Below are positions 9,559 through 20,000 of a DNA stretch of 20,000 nucleotides, piece after piece. The notes beneath the pieces are model-generated. The model did no database searches, was not told the DNA's origin, and saw only the letters and a program-made list of their open reading frames with translations. Where the stretch lies: the NCBI RefSeq assembly GCF_004010195.1, contig NC_057753.1, positions 5,758,446 through 5,778,445 on the forward strand, read 5' to 3'. The position numbers were made by a program, and so were the translations under genes. The stretch's first letter is position 1, and the number at the start of each line of letters is the position of its first letter. Source of the DNA: Chiloscyllium plagiosum. Taxonomy: Eukaryota.

Positions 9559-11207
9559 TGCGTACGACTGCTTACTGCTATTTCTATTACTATGATACTA
9601 TCAAACTCTCTAACTGCAGAGGCATATTCAGTTACAGTGGTTCCTGAGTTCTTGAATATGCACCAGTCTAACAATTCCAAACAGTTCCATAGAAGCTGTT
9701 CCATTGCCTCAGATCAGCAATGTACCACTTTCTGTACTGGGTGCTTGTAAGCCAGAAAGAAGAACACAACATTGTGTTCTGATTTTCTGAAATCACATCG
9801 AGGTATGGAATGATAGCATCTTTGTTGGCCATGTATTATGGTGTTCAGATGGTTCTGTAAATATATAGAATGTAGCTATCCTCATGATTAAAATCAACTT
9901 TCCATTTAGATCACTGAAGAACGCATGATGATTTTAAAATCACATCAGTTGCAAACTGAAATCACTGGAATATTTCTTGTTTTTATGTGTTTAGCAAGAC
10001 AGTGTCTCAGAGTGACATGGACGTTGGTACAAATAAAGTCCAATATGTCTGCTGTTGACTTCAACAGACAATGAACTGCAACACTTAGCATGATACAGAC
10101 TTTGACAGAAATGTAACACAATATTATTATCCCATTTGGTGCTAACACTGAACAAAACGGACCCCAGAGTGAAATCTTACTTGCGTAGGTAAGGGATATC
10201 CCGGTTCATTCACGTTTAAAAGTTGACTTTTTGGCACGCAATCTTTTCCACACTTGCTAATGACATCTGTAACTGGAGTGACATAGATATTTCAGTCAGC
10301 CATTGTGTTCTTAAATAATGGCCAGTCTCCATGATTACTAGTTTTATTTTTGAAGTTTTCCTGTGTCAGTTTTTCAATACAGTTAATCCCAAAATGAAAC
10401 AAATTTTTCGATATTTAATAAACAACAAATTTCAAAAATTACTCATTTCCCCAGAAATATCATGTGCAGCCCATCAACCCCAATGACGTATCACTGCTTC
10501 ATTCGCTTTAAAATGTCTCACTGAAACAATTGGCCACACATTCGCCAGATGCTATTCTTTCTATTTCTTCCAAAGAAACATAAATGCATAATAACTCACA
10601 CACGCCTCACATTCCACTGTCTGGCATTTGAGAACGAGTAAGACTTTTCAGTTCTGATAATCTGAATTTAAATCCAGTTCTTGCAGCTCAGAAATTCCCT
10701 TCACAGATAAGAGGCTTACAACAAAGAAAGAAAAACCTGTCCTGTTGCGAATATAAAATATTACTGCTGAACTGAGCCCGTTCTTCACTTGTGGCGATGT
10801 CTCATTATAAGGTTGTAGACGTTCAAATTTGTGAACACATCATCAAGTATTCGCTTCTTCACCTTCCTAGTGACTGGACTTAAATTGCACACTCCCCTGA
10901 AATCGAGGTCTTTAGTTAAATGCTGCAGATGAATTTCCGGCCTCCTGTTACGTGCAGCATCATATCACACTGTCCTATTGTGACCAGACCCAAAAGGCAC
11001 AAATCACTGGCCACCTTTCTCCACAGTCTGCATTGCTGTTGGAAGTCTTCTCTTTGCAGACAGTGATGCGCTGGTTGACTGTTACTTGACTGATGCCAAC
11101 TTTTAGAACTTATGACGAAGTCTGAATGTCGATACGTTGTAAAATAAACGGATAACTATGTGGATGTGTGCGTCCGTGTGTGTATACATCTCTAATTGTA
11201 ATTCAAT

Positions 11208-11300
11208 GACACAAAAACTGGAGAAACCTAGTTTCAATCAGTGCAATTACTCTGTATGGAAATAGAACTATGCACGTAACGTTTCCATTTCAAGTCTCTT
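11208..11300 (-). mobile_element. Possible highly decayed short Penelope-type repeat
   Basis: The minus strand reads aagagac...GAAACGTTA...tttctccag...ttttgt, a layout similar to the hammerhead repeats. Low identity. Confidence 0.3.
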
Positions 11301-11468
11301 GAATTACAGATTGGCAGTTTAATTTAAATATCAGGTAGTTACACAGAGGAACACTAAATAATATCAGCTTAAATAATAATCAATATTGTCTATTACCCAT
11401 TAGGAAGAGAATATTTCATAATGAAATACACCTAGATTTCAATGGCTGCCACAACTATTGCGATGATT

Positions 11469-11482
11469 GTACCCTATACGTT
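11469..11482 (+). repeat. L1 target-site duplication, left copy
   Basis: GTACCCTATACGTT versus GCACCCTGTACGTT at 16805-16818 (12/14, both differences transitions). It abuts the T-rich tail. Confidence 0.8.
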
Positions 11483-11750
11483 TTTATAGATATTTTTATG
11501 AGAAATTTAACATTTTTACAAGTTTACAAAAATAAACAAAACTCTCAAATTCAGACATTGATATACAATCAAATCAAATATACAATAGCCAAAATTTAAC
11601 AAAAGAAAAAAATACCGAAATAGAAAAAAAATCTCAACTGTCTACGATCTAACCTACAACGAACCAGAGTGCATATTTAAGTCTCTTACATGCTCGGAAT
11701 GTGTTAACATCAAATGTAATAAAACCCGTATTCGTGCGAGAACCCTCTCC

Positions 11751-13829
11751 TCAGGGGCCCCGGACCAGCCAGGTTTGTAATCTCATTGAAATAAAAGCCC
11801 TTGTTAGGATAGCCGAAATATCTGTATTTATGTAATTCAAGAGGGGCTGCCATATTTTATAAAATAATTCGGCCTTTCGTTGCACCATATTTGTAAGGAA
11901 GTCATGGGAATACATTCCATAATTAATCTGTGCCAATTTGAAAGTCCAGGGGGGCCCTCAGCCACCCAGTTTACCAACATATTTTTCCTTGCACAGAAAG
12001 AGAGAATAGAAAATAGTCTCTTCCCGTACATGTCCAGGGAGGGAAAGTTCGAAAAGCCTAAAAGGAGAGATACAGGGTTCACTTTAATTTCAGATCCTAG
12101 AATTTCTGTCAGGGTACTTGCTACTTTAGTCCAATATCTACGGATCTTATGACGGTCCATAGGCAATGTACAAGAGTGCCCACCTCTATTTTACATTTGG
12201 GACACATTGGAGATGCTCCTGCCTTAAATTTTGCCAATCGATCCGGTGCTATATGGGCCCTATGAAGTATCTTCAGCTGGATAGCCCGGGTTCTGTTACA
12301 GATAATAATTCTTCTAGTGTTTTCCCAAATACCATTCCATGTTTCTGTAGAGATTTCTAGCCCCAAATCCTGATCCCATGTTTTAAGCAGATTATCCATA
12401 TCTCCTGATACTTCATCATGTAGTAAATGATAAATAGTACTGACGGAAGATAGCCCACTGTTCGTAGGAAACTACATTCTCTATCTGATTTATAAAGACT
12501 ATCTAATAACGTAGTCTTCTTCTGTATATAGTCTCGAATTTGGAAGTATCGAAAGAGGCCTCCATTAGGTAATCCGAATTTCTGACGCAGCTGTTCAAAA
12601 GATACCCCTGGATCTCCAGAGTTTAAAAGTGGCATCTGTAAACCCCGGTTGGAATCCCCATGCTCCCACTATCGGTGCAAGGGGGATGTTTTTATGTGAA
12701 TTGCCCTCATTTTGCCGCATTATATTCCAAGCCTTAATTGTGTTTAGTATTATAGGGTTTTTACAGTGATCTGTAATGATTTTCCTCTTGTCTGAAAATA
12801 AAAGGTTAATAAGTGGGTATTTTACTTGAGAGGCCTCGATGTCCAACCAGATTGATTGTGGATCAGACAAGACCCAATCAGCTATGTAACTTAATAGGGA
12901 ACTTAACTGATATTTCCTAAAATCTGGGAAGTCCAATCCTCCCCTTGTCTGTGGAAGCTGTAGCTTCTTCAGCTTAATGAAGGGCCGTCTATGAATCCAG
13001 CCAGCCATATAATTTACGTAGAGCCGTCCTCGGCAGCATCACCGGAAGCATTCTCATAGGATATAGGAGACGGGGCAGGACATTCATTTTAATTAGTGCT
13101 ATTCTACCCAACCAGGAAATTGGAAGGACTCCCCATCGCTGGAGGTCCTGCCTTATCCTTTCCAATAAATACACAAAATTAGCCTTATACAACTGACCAA
13201 ATACTGGAGTAATAAAAATGCCTAAATATAAGAAGCCCTCCAGGGACCAGCGAAAGGGAAAAAGGGAACCGTCCGCTAAGCGGGGTATCACAGCAAGGCC
13301 ACCCATTGGCATAGCCTCCGATTTTGAAAAATTAATTTTATAGCCTGAGAATGCACTAAATGTATTAATAACTTGGATTAAGCGAGGTATGGACATCAAA
13401 GGGTTACTGAGGAATAGAAGAACATCATCTGCATAAAAAGGGTAATTTTATGTTTACCTGTACCAATCCTTGGGGCCACTATATTAGGATCAGCTCGTAT
13501 AGCATCTGCTAGTGGTTCAATTATTAGCGTGAATAACAATGGCGAGAGGGGACATCCCTGACAGCAGCCCCTACCCACACTGAAGCTATCCGAGCCTAAT
13601 CCATTGGTAACCACAACTGCTTTAGGATCACTATACAATGTTGAGACCCATTTGGTAAACACCTGTCCAACACCAAACCTCTCCAATGTGTAAAACAAAT
13701 ATGACCATTCGACCCTATCAAATGCCTTTTCCGCGTCTAATGAAACCACTACTCCTGGTATCTTTCCCTGATGACAAGCTTGAATCATATTCAGAGCCCT
13801 TCTAACATTATTGGATGATCTACGGCCCT
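11751..13829 (-). pseudogene. L1 ORF2 RT and C-terminal region, several frameshifts, no endonuclease domain
   Basis: SLDAEKAFDRVEW, QGCPLSPLLF, YADD reached via a frameshift at about 13435, YKINFSKS, YLGI, GRIALIKMNVLPRLLY, GGLDFPDF, and the CPKC...HCLW knuckle. Confidence 0.93.
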
Positions 13830-15600
13830 ATCCTTTCTAGTCACCCCCACTCTTAAAACGCACAGAGCAACAGTGACCGAGAAACCGCCTTCTGTCAAAA
13901 TTGTGAAAATGTAATATTTTTAATAGTTTTCATTGTTAGTGGTATTTGAATCTTATTGCTTTAAAAATTATTGAAGAAAACAATTGGTTTTTATTTTCAA
14001 TTCTGTTTGTAGTCACCTTTGATCTGTCATTTCAATGCTAGTACTATATTAACTCTGAACAAAGTGCAGTCTGCTAAATCATTTGTTCGATGTAATTTGT
14101 AATGTGTACTTTCACTAAATTCAATTTAGCTTAAGGTGAATTTGTATTTTATAACCTATTCTGTTTTTGCTTGGTGACCCCTTTGATCTGTAATTTCTAG
14201 TGCCATATTAACTTTGCGCATGGTGGGTCCTGCTACATCAGTAGATTTTCAACTTGTAACCCTTTATTGGTATTGAGTTATTTCATTTGGAATAGCTTAA
14301 TCTAGATGCATAAAGTTCTGTGTCTAAATTTTCTATCAGATTTTTCTTAGCTGAATTTTATATTTCCCTATCTTGATCACTTAATTCACATTTCTTGATT
14401 TGAGCATATTCGCAGACTCCTTTATATGCAACCTTGCATTTATTTTGTGTGCATGTAGTTTCTTTATAATGAATGGTAGCCTACTTTTGCCAGAGTGCAA
14501 GGATGATTGTTTGTCCCTGAATTTCTATTTAGTGGAGTGAATAATGCTGAATGGAGGCCAGTGTGGTGTTTTCACATGCAGGACTAAAAGTAAGCAACCC
14601 CATTATGGAGCTGCAAAATCCATTGCCTTGGTTCTTTGCTGATGATCTTAACTGTAGGATTGTCTGGAAGGTGAAATAGTAAAGGTTGGGAAAGCTTAAT
14701 ATGAAAGGGAAATTTTGCACAGGGTGCATGGTTGTTGTCCTCTGTAACCAATTAAATTGGCCACATAATCTAAACTATGCTTGAAAAACAGTGGTGTCAA
14801 TATTTTAATTATGTCACTCTAACACAATCAGCAGCTGCTCGTTACTTATTCCAACACCTTTGTTTTAGTCCCTTCACATAGGCAATTGGGAGGTTGCAGT
14901 GGAGTTGTCATTTGTCTTTGATAGTTCATGGTTGTCATAGAATGGAGTATTCATAGATAGTAATGTGTTCTGCTCATCAACGTTATGATACTTGTGATTG
15001 TCCATCCCAGTTCAATAGTTCAAATTTAGCTGCTGCAATTGATTTTGATCATCTAACCCTGTTAATCCTGCTGAATTGTGTTCAGGTTTAGCAGTTTAGT
15101 CTGAAGTCAAGAGAAGTGAGAAGATAAATTATCTTTGTGTACGCTTTTATAAATTACTTAGTTTAATTTCTTTTTAAAAGTATAAATTTTACATTTTCAA
15201 CTTCCAATAGGATATTTTGATAATTAAACTAATTTTATCTACTGTCATTGATATCAGAAAATAAATTATTTTTAAACAAATGATGTTACATCAGTATTAT
15301 TTTCATTAGGAATAATATTGAAGGTTTTTCCAGCAGAGTTACCAGAAATTCATTTTTTTAAAAGCATAAATATCAATTTATTTATTAGACTTCTCTGGCA
15401 CAGCCTAACCAGCAATGTCTATACTATTCTATTTTATTCTATACTGCAGTCTTTTAGAATTTTATGCGTACATTTCATGTTGTTTTTTGCAGGACAAATA
15501 GAATTAAATATGGGGCAGTGTGAAACCTTAGGATTGAGAAAGGCATATCAAAGTACTTTTGTAATTGACAGTGACTGGAGAACTAAAGGGATTTTTTTAG
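13830..15600. other. Non-L1 AT-rich segment replacing the L1 endonuclease/linker region
   Basis: L1 homology stops just before GRRSSNNVRR (about 13829). No QETH, GDFN, RID or SDH motif and no long ORF was found on either strand. Right boundary approximate. Confidence 0.7.
14001..14315. repeat. Diverged tandem duplication, unit about 158 bp
   Basis: Units start at 14001 and 14159 and share ttctgttt, cctttgatctgt, ctagt, atattaact, ctgcta-atca, ttgtaa and tagcttaa in order. Confidence 0.7.
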
Positions 15601-15770
15601 ATGTCCATCTACATAAATCATAAAAAGAGAACTGACGTGTAAAACTAAAGAAAATCAAATCCCTCTCCCCACCCCCCATGATAATATTAAACAGTAAGGT
15701 AAGAAAAAAGAAAAAAAAGGGGGGATATAAACCAAAGCGGGGGGAGAGGCAAACCAACATCCATTATCTC

Positions 15771-16634
15771 TTACAGTATATCTAAGAGAGTCCAAGAATC
15801 CCTTAGCCTTTTCCGGCGATCCGAAGATATACACGGATCCTTCATGGTTAAAGCGTAGCGTCGCTGGGTAGCGTCGGAGTACTGAATATTTAAGTCCCTT
15901 AAACGCTTCTTCGCCTCGTCGAATGCCTTCCTCTTTCGGACCAGAACTGGGGAAAAGTCCTGGAATAACATGATCTTGGATCCTTTATAGATCATAGCTT
16001 GGGGGTCTTTTCCGAGATTTCTAGAGGCTTCTAGGAGTATCTGCCTCTCCCTATAGCTCTGCAGCCGGAACAGGACCGGGCCGGGGCGCTGGTTCGAGCC
16101 GGGCTCGCGTATTGTGACCCAGTCGGCCCATTCTACCCTTACCTGGCCTGATCCAGCCTCCAGATTTAAAAGCTGTGGCAGCCACTGCTCGAGGAATGCT
16201 GTAAGCTGGCCTTCCTCCTCCCGTTCGGGAAGGCCCAGCAAACGAATATTTTTTCGACGCCCTCGATTATCGAGTTCATCAATGTAATTCTCTAAGGTGC
16301 GGACTCGCTGTTCGAGAGTCCGGACCCGATCCACGGCCGATTGCGCTGGAGTTTCGGAGGTCGCGGCCTTTATCTCTGCCCCTCCGACTCGGCGCTCGAT
16401 TTCCTGGATGTCTCGGTCATGCTTCTGCAGCGCGGCCGAGTGTGAGTCCCATTGACTTCGGGATTCTTCAATAAAAGCGTCGATCTTCGTTTCCAGTTTG
16501 GAGATCATTTCTACAAGGCTTGTCACTGTCGGTAAGTCCCCCGGGGCGGCTGCGGACGCCTCTGCTGCAGCTGGAGAGGGTGGGGGAGGGGTTCCTGCTT
16601 GCTGAGAGCTGCGGGCTCCCTTCCCTTTGGTCAT
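15771..16634 (-). CDS. L1 ORF1 protein, frameshifted near the C-terminus
   Basis: Coiled coil followed by NRGRRKNIRLLGLPE and FQDFS. The conserved RYPATLRF...GSPEKAKGFL tail lies in another frame after about 15876. Confidence 0.92.
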   Translation of the reverse strand: MTKGKGARSSQQAGTPPPPSPAAAEASAAAPGDLPTVTSLVEMISKLETKIDAFIEESRSQWDSHSAALQKHDRDIQEIERRVGGAEIKAATSETPAQSAVDRVRTLEQRVRTLENYIDELDNRGRRKNIRLLGLPEREEEGQLTAFLEQWLPQLLNLEAGSGQVRVEWADWVTIREPGSNQRPGPVLFRLQSYRERQILLEASRNLGKDPQAMIYKGSKIMLFQDFSPVLVRKRKAFDEAKKRLRDLNIQYSDATQRRYALTMKDPCISSDRRKRLRDSWTLLDIL

Positions 16635-16785
16635 TTTTACGAAAGATTAGATTGTTTAAATTTAATATGAAACAACTAATTAAATTAAACAGCTATTATA
16701 AATGATTTGGTGACTGTGGTGGGGGTGGGTGACCAACTTTACCCAAGTCTTGGGAAGAGCACTATAGACTCAGACTTGCTGGGTC

Positions 16786-16797
16786 GCCGCCATCTTG
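16786..16797 (-). promoter_or_regulatory. YY1-type motif at the L1 5' end
   Basis: CAAGATGGCGGC begins at nucleotide 8 of the element, matching the YY1 consensus. Confidence 0.7.
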
Positions 16798-16804
16798 GAT
16801 CCCC

Positions 16805-16818
16805 GCACCCTGTACGTT
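16805..16818 (+). repeat. L1 target-site duplication, right copy
   Basis: GCACCCTGTACGTT directly follows the L1 5' end (CCCC on the plus strand). Confidence 0.8.
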
Positions 16819-17883
16819 AATTGAGAGCATTTCTATAGAAGCAGAAATCAGATTACCATTTTCTTAATGTTCTTCACTTTAATTCTGACATGTTGGGACA
16901 GTAGTCAATTAGGAGTTGCCAAAAGTGAAAGCTAGCTGCCATAATTTGCAAAAACTGCAGCATTGACCTCGCAACAAAAGAAACTGGAATGGCAAATGGA
17001 TTTACCTGAACTCATTGATGTGTGTTGAGACATTCTGCTTCCCGCTGTAGTGGTGCATATTGCTTTACTGCTCTGTTACAGTGGGCAAACTGTGTTATGA
17101 TTCCACATCCAGAAATATCTGCAGAAGTCAAAGAGGGATCAGGGGCCTCAAACATTCAGGCCAGGAGAGTGTACAATATTAAATTTGCAGCCTTTAATTG
17201 GACTGACTGGCATTGATGTGATCAGCAAGAAATGTCCCAGATAGTATCAGCATTCGTTGCCAGAACAATGTCAGATTCACGTTACACCACCGTACAGTGT
17301 GAATTTCTCAATGATTGTTGCAGAATCTGTGCAGAGAGGACGGACAAGGGACATGCCCTTTACGGAATCACGTCTGCCTACAAGAACATGGGCGCCATGT
17401 GCCTGTGTATGTGTTGATTGGAGTTCATTAATTGTCGTCACATGTACCTGAGTATAGTGTAAATTTTTGTATTGTGATCATTGCCAGAAGATCAGACTTA
17501 ACAAGGACATAAAGATTCTAAGCTGTTCAGACAGAACAAGTTTATGTTTGTGCAGGAGGTGCACAAATATGGTCCACATTAGTCAGATCAATGCTATTTG
17601 AATTTGGAGGGGTTGGTTCAGCTGCATAAAAACAGCAAGGAAGTTGTTCATCAACCTGTTGTTGCCTGTTTTTGTGTGTGTTTTTGTTGAACGTTTGTGT
17701 TTATGTTCATGTGTGTTCTATATGTGCTTTGGAGGAAATTGTATACCAGCAGGGGAAGAGAGCTAAAATGAAAAGTGAATGGCCAAGGGCAGGAGGCAGT
17801 ATGTTCACCCCCACATCTGTGAAGGTAATGGCCCTATGGTGGGAAGGAAAGGAGGGAGACCATTTACTGATGATGCTACGCAA

Positions 17884-17893
17884 GTGACGTCAC
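17884..17893. promoter_or_regulatory. Candidate CRE (GTGACGTCAC)
   Basis: 10-bp palindrome containing TGACGTCA, with a TGCGTCA half-site variant at about 17937-17943. Confidence 0.3.
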
Positions 17894-18782
17894 AATAGAG
17901 GTAATTACCGAATGGAGAGGCTTGAGAGACAAGCTGTGCGTCAAAAGTATATTGCTCACATATGCACGACCAGCAGCTAAAGATCTAAATGATGGCCAGT
18001 CAGAAACTGCTTTTGTCCTCTCGTCATTTTTCTCTCTCTTGCAGATCACGTAAATCTGCAGCTCGATTTTGAGTCCCTGGAAAGGTCCTCCACTTCTTCA
18101 AAAGACCAAAAGACCTCATGGTACATATTGGATAACACTCGTAAATTTTCAACCAGTAAACATATTCTCAAGTAGGCAAGTGTGCCATGGAAATGTTAAT
18201 AGGCATGCAAGCAGCTGAGTGCAGAACAGACAGAATGCAGGAGCAGAAACAGACAGTGATGGCTCCGGCCATTCACATTCTGAAAAATAGAAGAGCGTCA
18301 GGGGAATAATCAGTCTGAAACTGATATTAGTTTGAAGTTAGCATGAATGGTACAGAGGAATGTATTGGAAAAAAATGTGGAGAGTTCTGCCACAGATTCA
18401 AAAGGAATGCGAAGATGATGCAGGACATCTTCCAAGCCGAACGAACAGCCAGGATTCGGACTCGCAAAGGGAAGTGAGTGCAGTGTTTTTCAGTCACGCC
18501 CAAAAACTATGAATGAATAGATGCTGAAATATACAAACCAATAAATATGTATACATATATAAATAATCACATCCATCAAATAATTCATCATTTGATTTTG
18601 TCCGAATCATCAACATCTGAAAACAAATCTTGTACTGTGGGGGTGCAATGTCCTCTGTTCATTCTTCAGCTCTCACTTTGAGTGAAGGTTTAAGCCGAGT
18701 GAACTTGTGGTAACATAAATGCACTGGTCAGTAGGTGAACATGCTGGACAATACTGTACAGCCAGTGAAGTTTTGCTTATCT

Positions 18783-19689
18783 TCAGATTTTGAACATTTG
18801 AATGAATAGTCTCAGTGGATATTTCAGCCCATTCCTTAACTCGACTCTGATTTTCCTTTGGGTCCCAGCATAAATGAATGGATTGATACAGGAAGTCAAG
18901 AAGACAAGCATGTATCCGGTTTCTTCAAGAAGGAATGATTTTTCACTTAAATCGGATCCTGAGAAGTAAGCAACCTTCGCAACTCGGACATAGATAATCG
19001 TTATTACAAATAACAAATAGAACAGGATAAAAGTGCCAGAGATGGTGAAAAGTAAAACAATTGATTTTCTTCGCTTTTCCATTTCGGGATCACCATGATT
19101 CATCCTGTTGTTGTGGCCCCGCAGTCTCCTGCGGGCTCTGTTAGCCAATACAATGTGTCTGACGGTCAGAATATTCAGCAGTAAAATCAGAATAAAGGGG
19201 AGACAAGGGGTTACAATAGGTCGCACCCAGTCATAAATAGTCCAAGCTGGTGAAGTGTAAAATATTAACTTCGTCCGACAAAACCAAGGAGTATTGTCGA
19301 CTATGTACACGGGTTCAAATAAAAAATACACAAAGGCATTTTTTAAACAGGTCAGTGCAGATACAATTCCGATCACGCGCACTGCCACCTTCTCTGTGCA
19401 ATATTTTGTTTTTAGCCTCTGGCAACAAATGGCCACAAATCTATCAAAGGTGAAAACCACTGTGAACCAGGCAGAGCTATCAATAGCTGCCAAATTAAAG
19501 ACCATGCGAAGGCTGCATACAGGATAAACAGGAAGCTGTATGGGAAATAAATCCCAGCAATCCGGTTTAATATTACAGCAGTGAATATGACCATGAGATC
19601 TGTTATTGCCATGGACACCAGGTAGTAGGTAATGCACGGAGAGAGGCCACACTTCCTTCGAGAAAGGATGATAATCACTGCCAGATTAG
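18783..19689 (-). pseudogene. GPR139/GPR142-like class A GPCR, copy B, exon 2, 4-bp deletion frameshift at about 19523
   Basis: Acceptor ctattccAG at 19691-19690. NLAVIIILSRRKCGLSPCITYYL...FPYSFLFI is in one frame and PVCSLR...FDRFVAIC...NPFIY...FKI* in another. The offset to copy A changes from 18818 to 18814 across the site. Confidence 0.92.
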
Positions 19690-20000
19690 CTGGAATAGAG
19701 AGACCAAGTCAGTCTGACATATAGAATGCATTTGCGAGACACTGTGCAAATCGCCAAGTTACATTTCGATTCCAAATGGAATCATATATTTTAACGTTCC
19801 TGTCTATTTTTGTGATCTTGATTTTTACAGCAGTGATACTAATGAAAGTCTGCAGTAGTGAGTAGAGTGCGTTCTTTCTTGATTACATGTTTTTGAGATA
19901 TATCTCTCAATTAAACTTGAAATATAATCTAACCTGGGGCAGTGATTCGTAGAGGAAGAAAACGGTGTTATTTGCTGGGTCTGGAGATTGTGAAGGAGCA

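Larger units (their letters stand above)
11483..16804 (-). mobile_element. L1 (LINE-1) with both ends, internally rearranged
   Basis: 5' end GGGGATCCAAGATGGCGGC, ORF1, 3' part of ORF2, 3' UTR and A-rich tail. 14-bp TSD with a TT/AA nick site at 16817-16820. Confidence 0.92.

Noticed and set aside
9761..9780. Inverted repeat AGAACACAA-CA-TTGTGTTCT resembling a steroid response element
   Set aside because: The AGAACA half-sites are spaced by 8 nt rather than 3, and it is isolated.
1780..10037. Shared 13-mer TGGTACAAATAAA at 1780 and 10025, each followed by an ATG
   Set aside because: An AT-rich 13-mer match is plausible by chance in 20 kb, and the flanks do not align convincingly.
10071..10195. 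Possible decayed plus-strand GPCR exon 1 (DRNVTQYYYPI ... GTAAG)
   Set aside because: Multiple stops, no hydrophobic TM1 stretch, and no plus-strand exon 2 in the window.
14496..14550. C/D-box snoRNA-like pattern (AGGATGA...CTGA...CTGA)
   Set aside because: Imperfect C box, short length, no terminal stem and no recognisable guide.
13830..15592. Possible terminal inverted repeats around the L1 insert (GTGACT...AAAGG)
   Set aside because: Alignment needs a gap of several bases, there is no TSD, and it would not explain the missing L1 sequence.
19524..19652. First 43 aa (MWPLSVH...) of the 289-aa ORF as a true N-terminus
   Set aside because: GTG start and an out-of-frame reading of TM1-TM2 caused by the 4-bp deletion.
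1..20000. Prokaryotic systems, CRISPR arrays, rRNA or tRNA genes
   Set aside because: No regularly spaced repeats, operons or RNA-gene signatures. The content is spliced vertebrate genes and retroelements.

Overview
Eukaryotic, repeat-rich DNA. The repeat content (HE1-type SINE with an AATCT tail, CR1, Rex1/Babar, L1, short Penelope-type hammerhead repeats) points to a cartilaginous fish, probably a shark; this is an inference from recalled repeat families. Both ends of the window carry tandem, minus-strand paralogues of a class A GPCR of the GPR139/GPR142-like type, offset by 18,818 bp. Copy A has exon 1 at 5596-5527, a 4.65-kb phase-1 intron, and exon 2 from 875 running off the left edge. 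It has a TATA/CCAAT/CRE promoter and one visible lesion, an in-frame TGA at 844-846. Copy B has exon 2 at 19689-18783 (exon 1 is outside the window) and a 4-bp frameshifting deletion near 19523. The copies are a mosaic of near-identical tracts and strongly diverged loops. Between them lie nested LINE/SINE relics, a 130-bp hammerhead-ribozyme-bearing insertion, and a TSD-flanked L1 (11483-16804) whose endonuclease half is replaced by about 1.8 kb of unrelated DNA. All family assignments come from motif recognition by eye, no database search was run, and relic boundaries are approximate.
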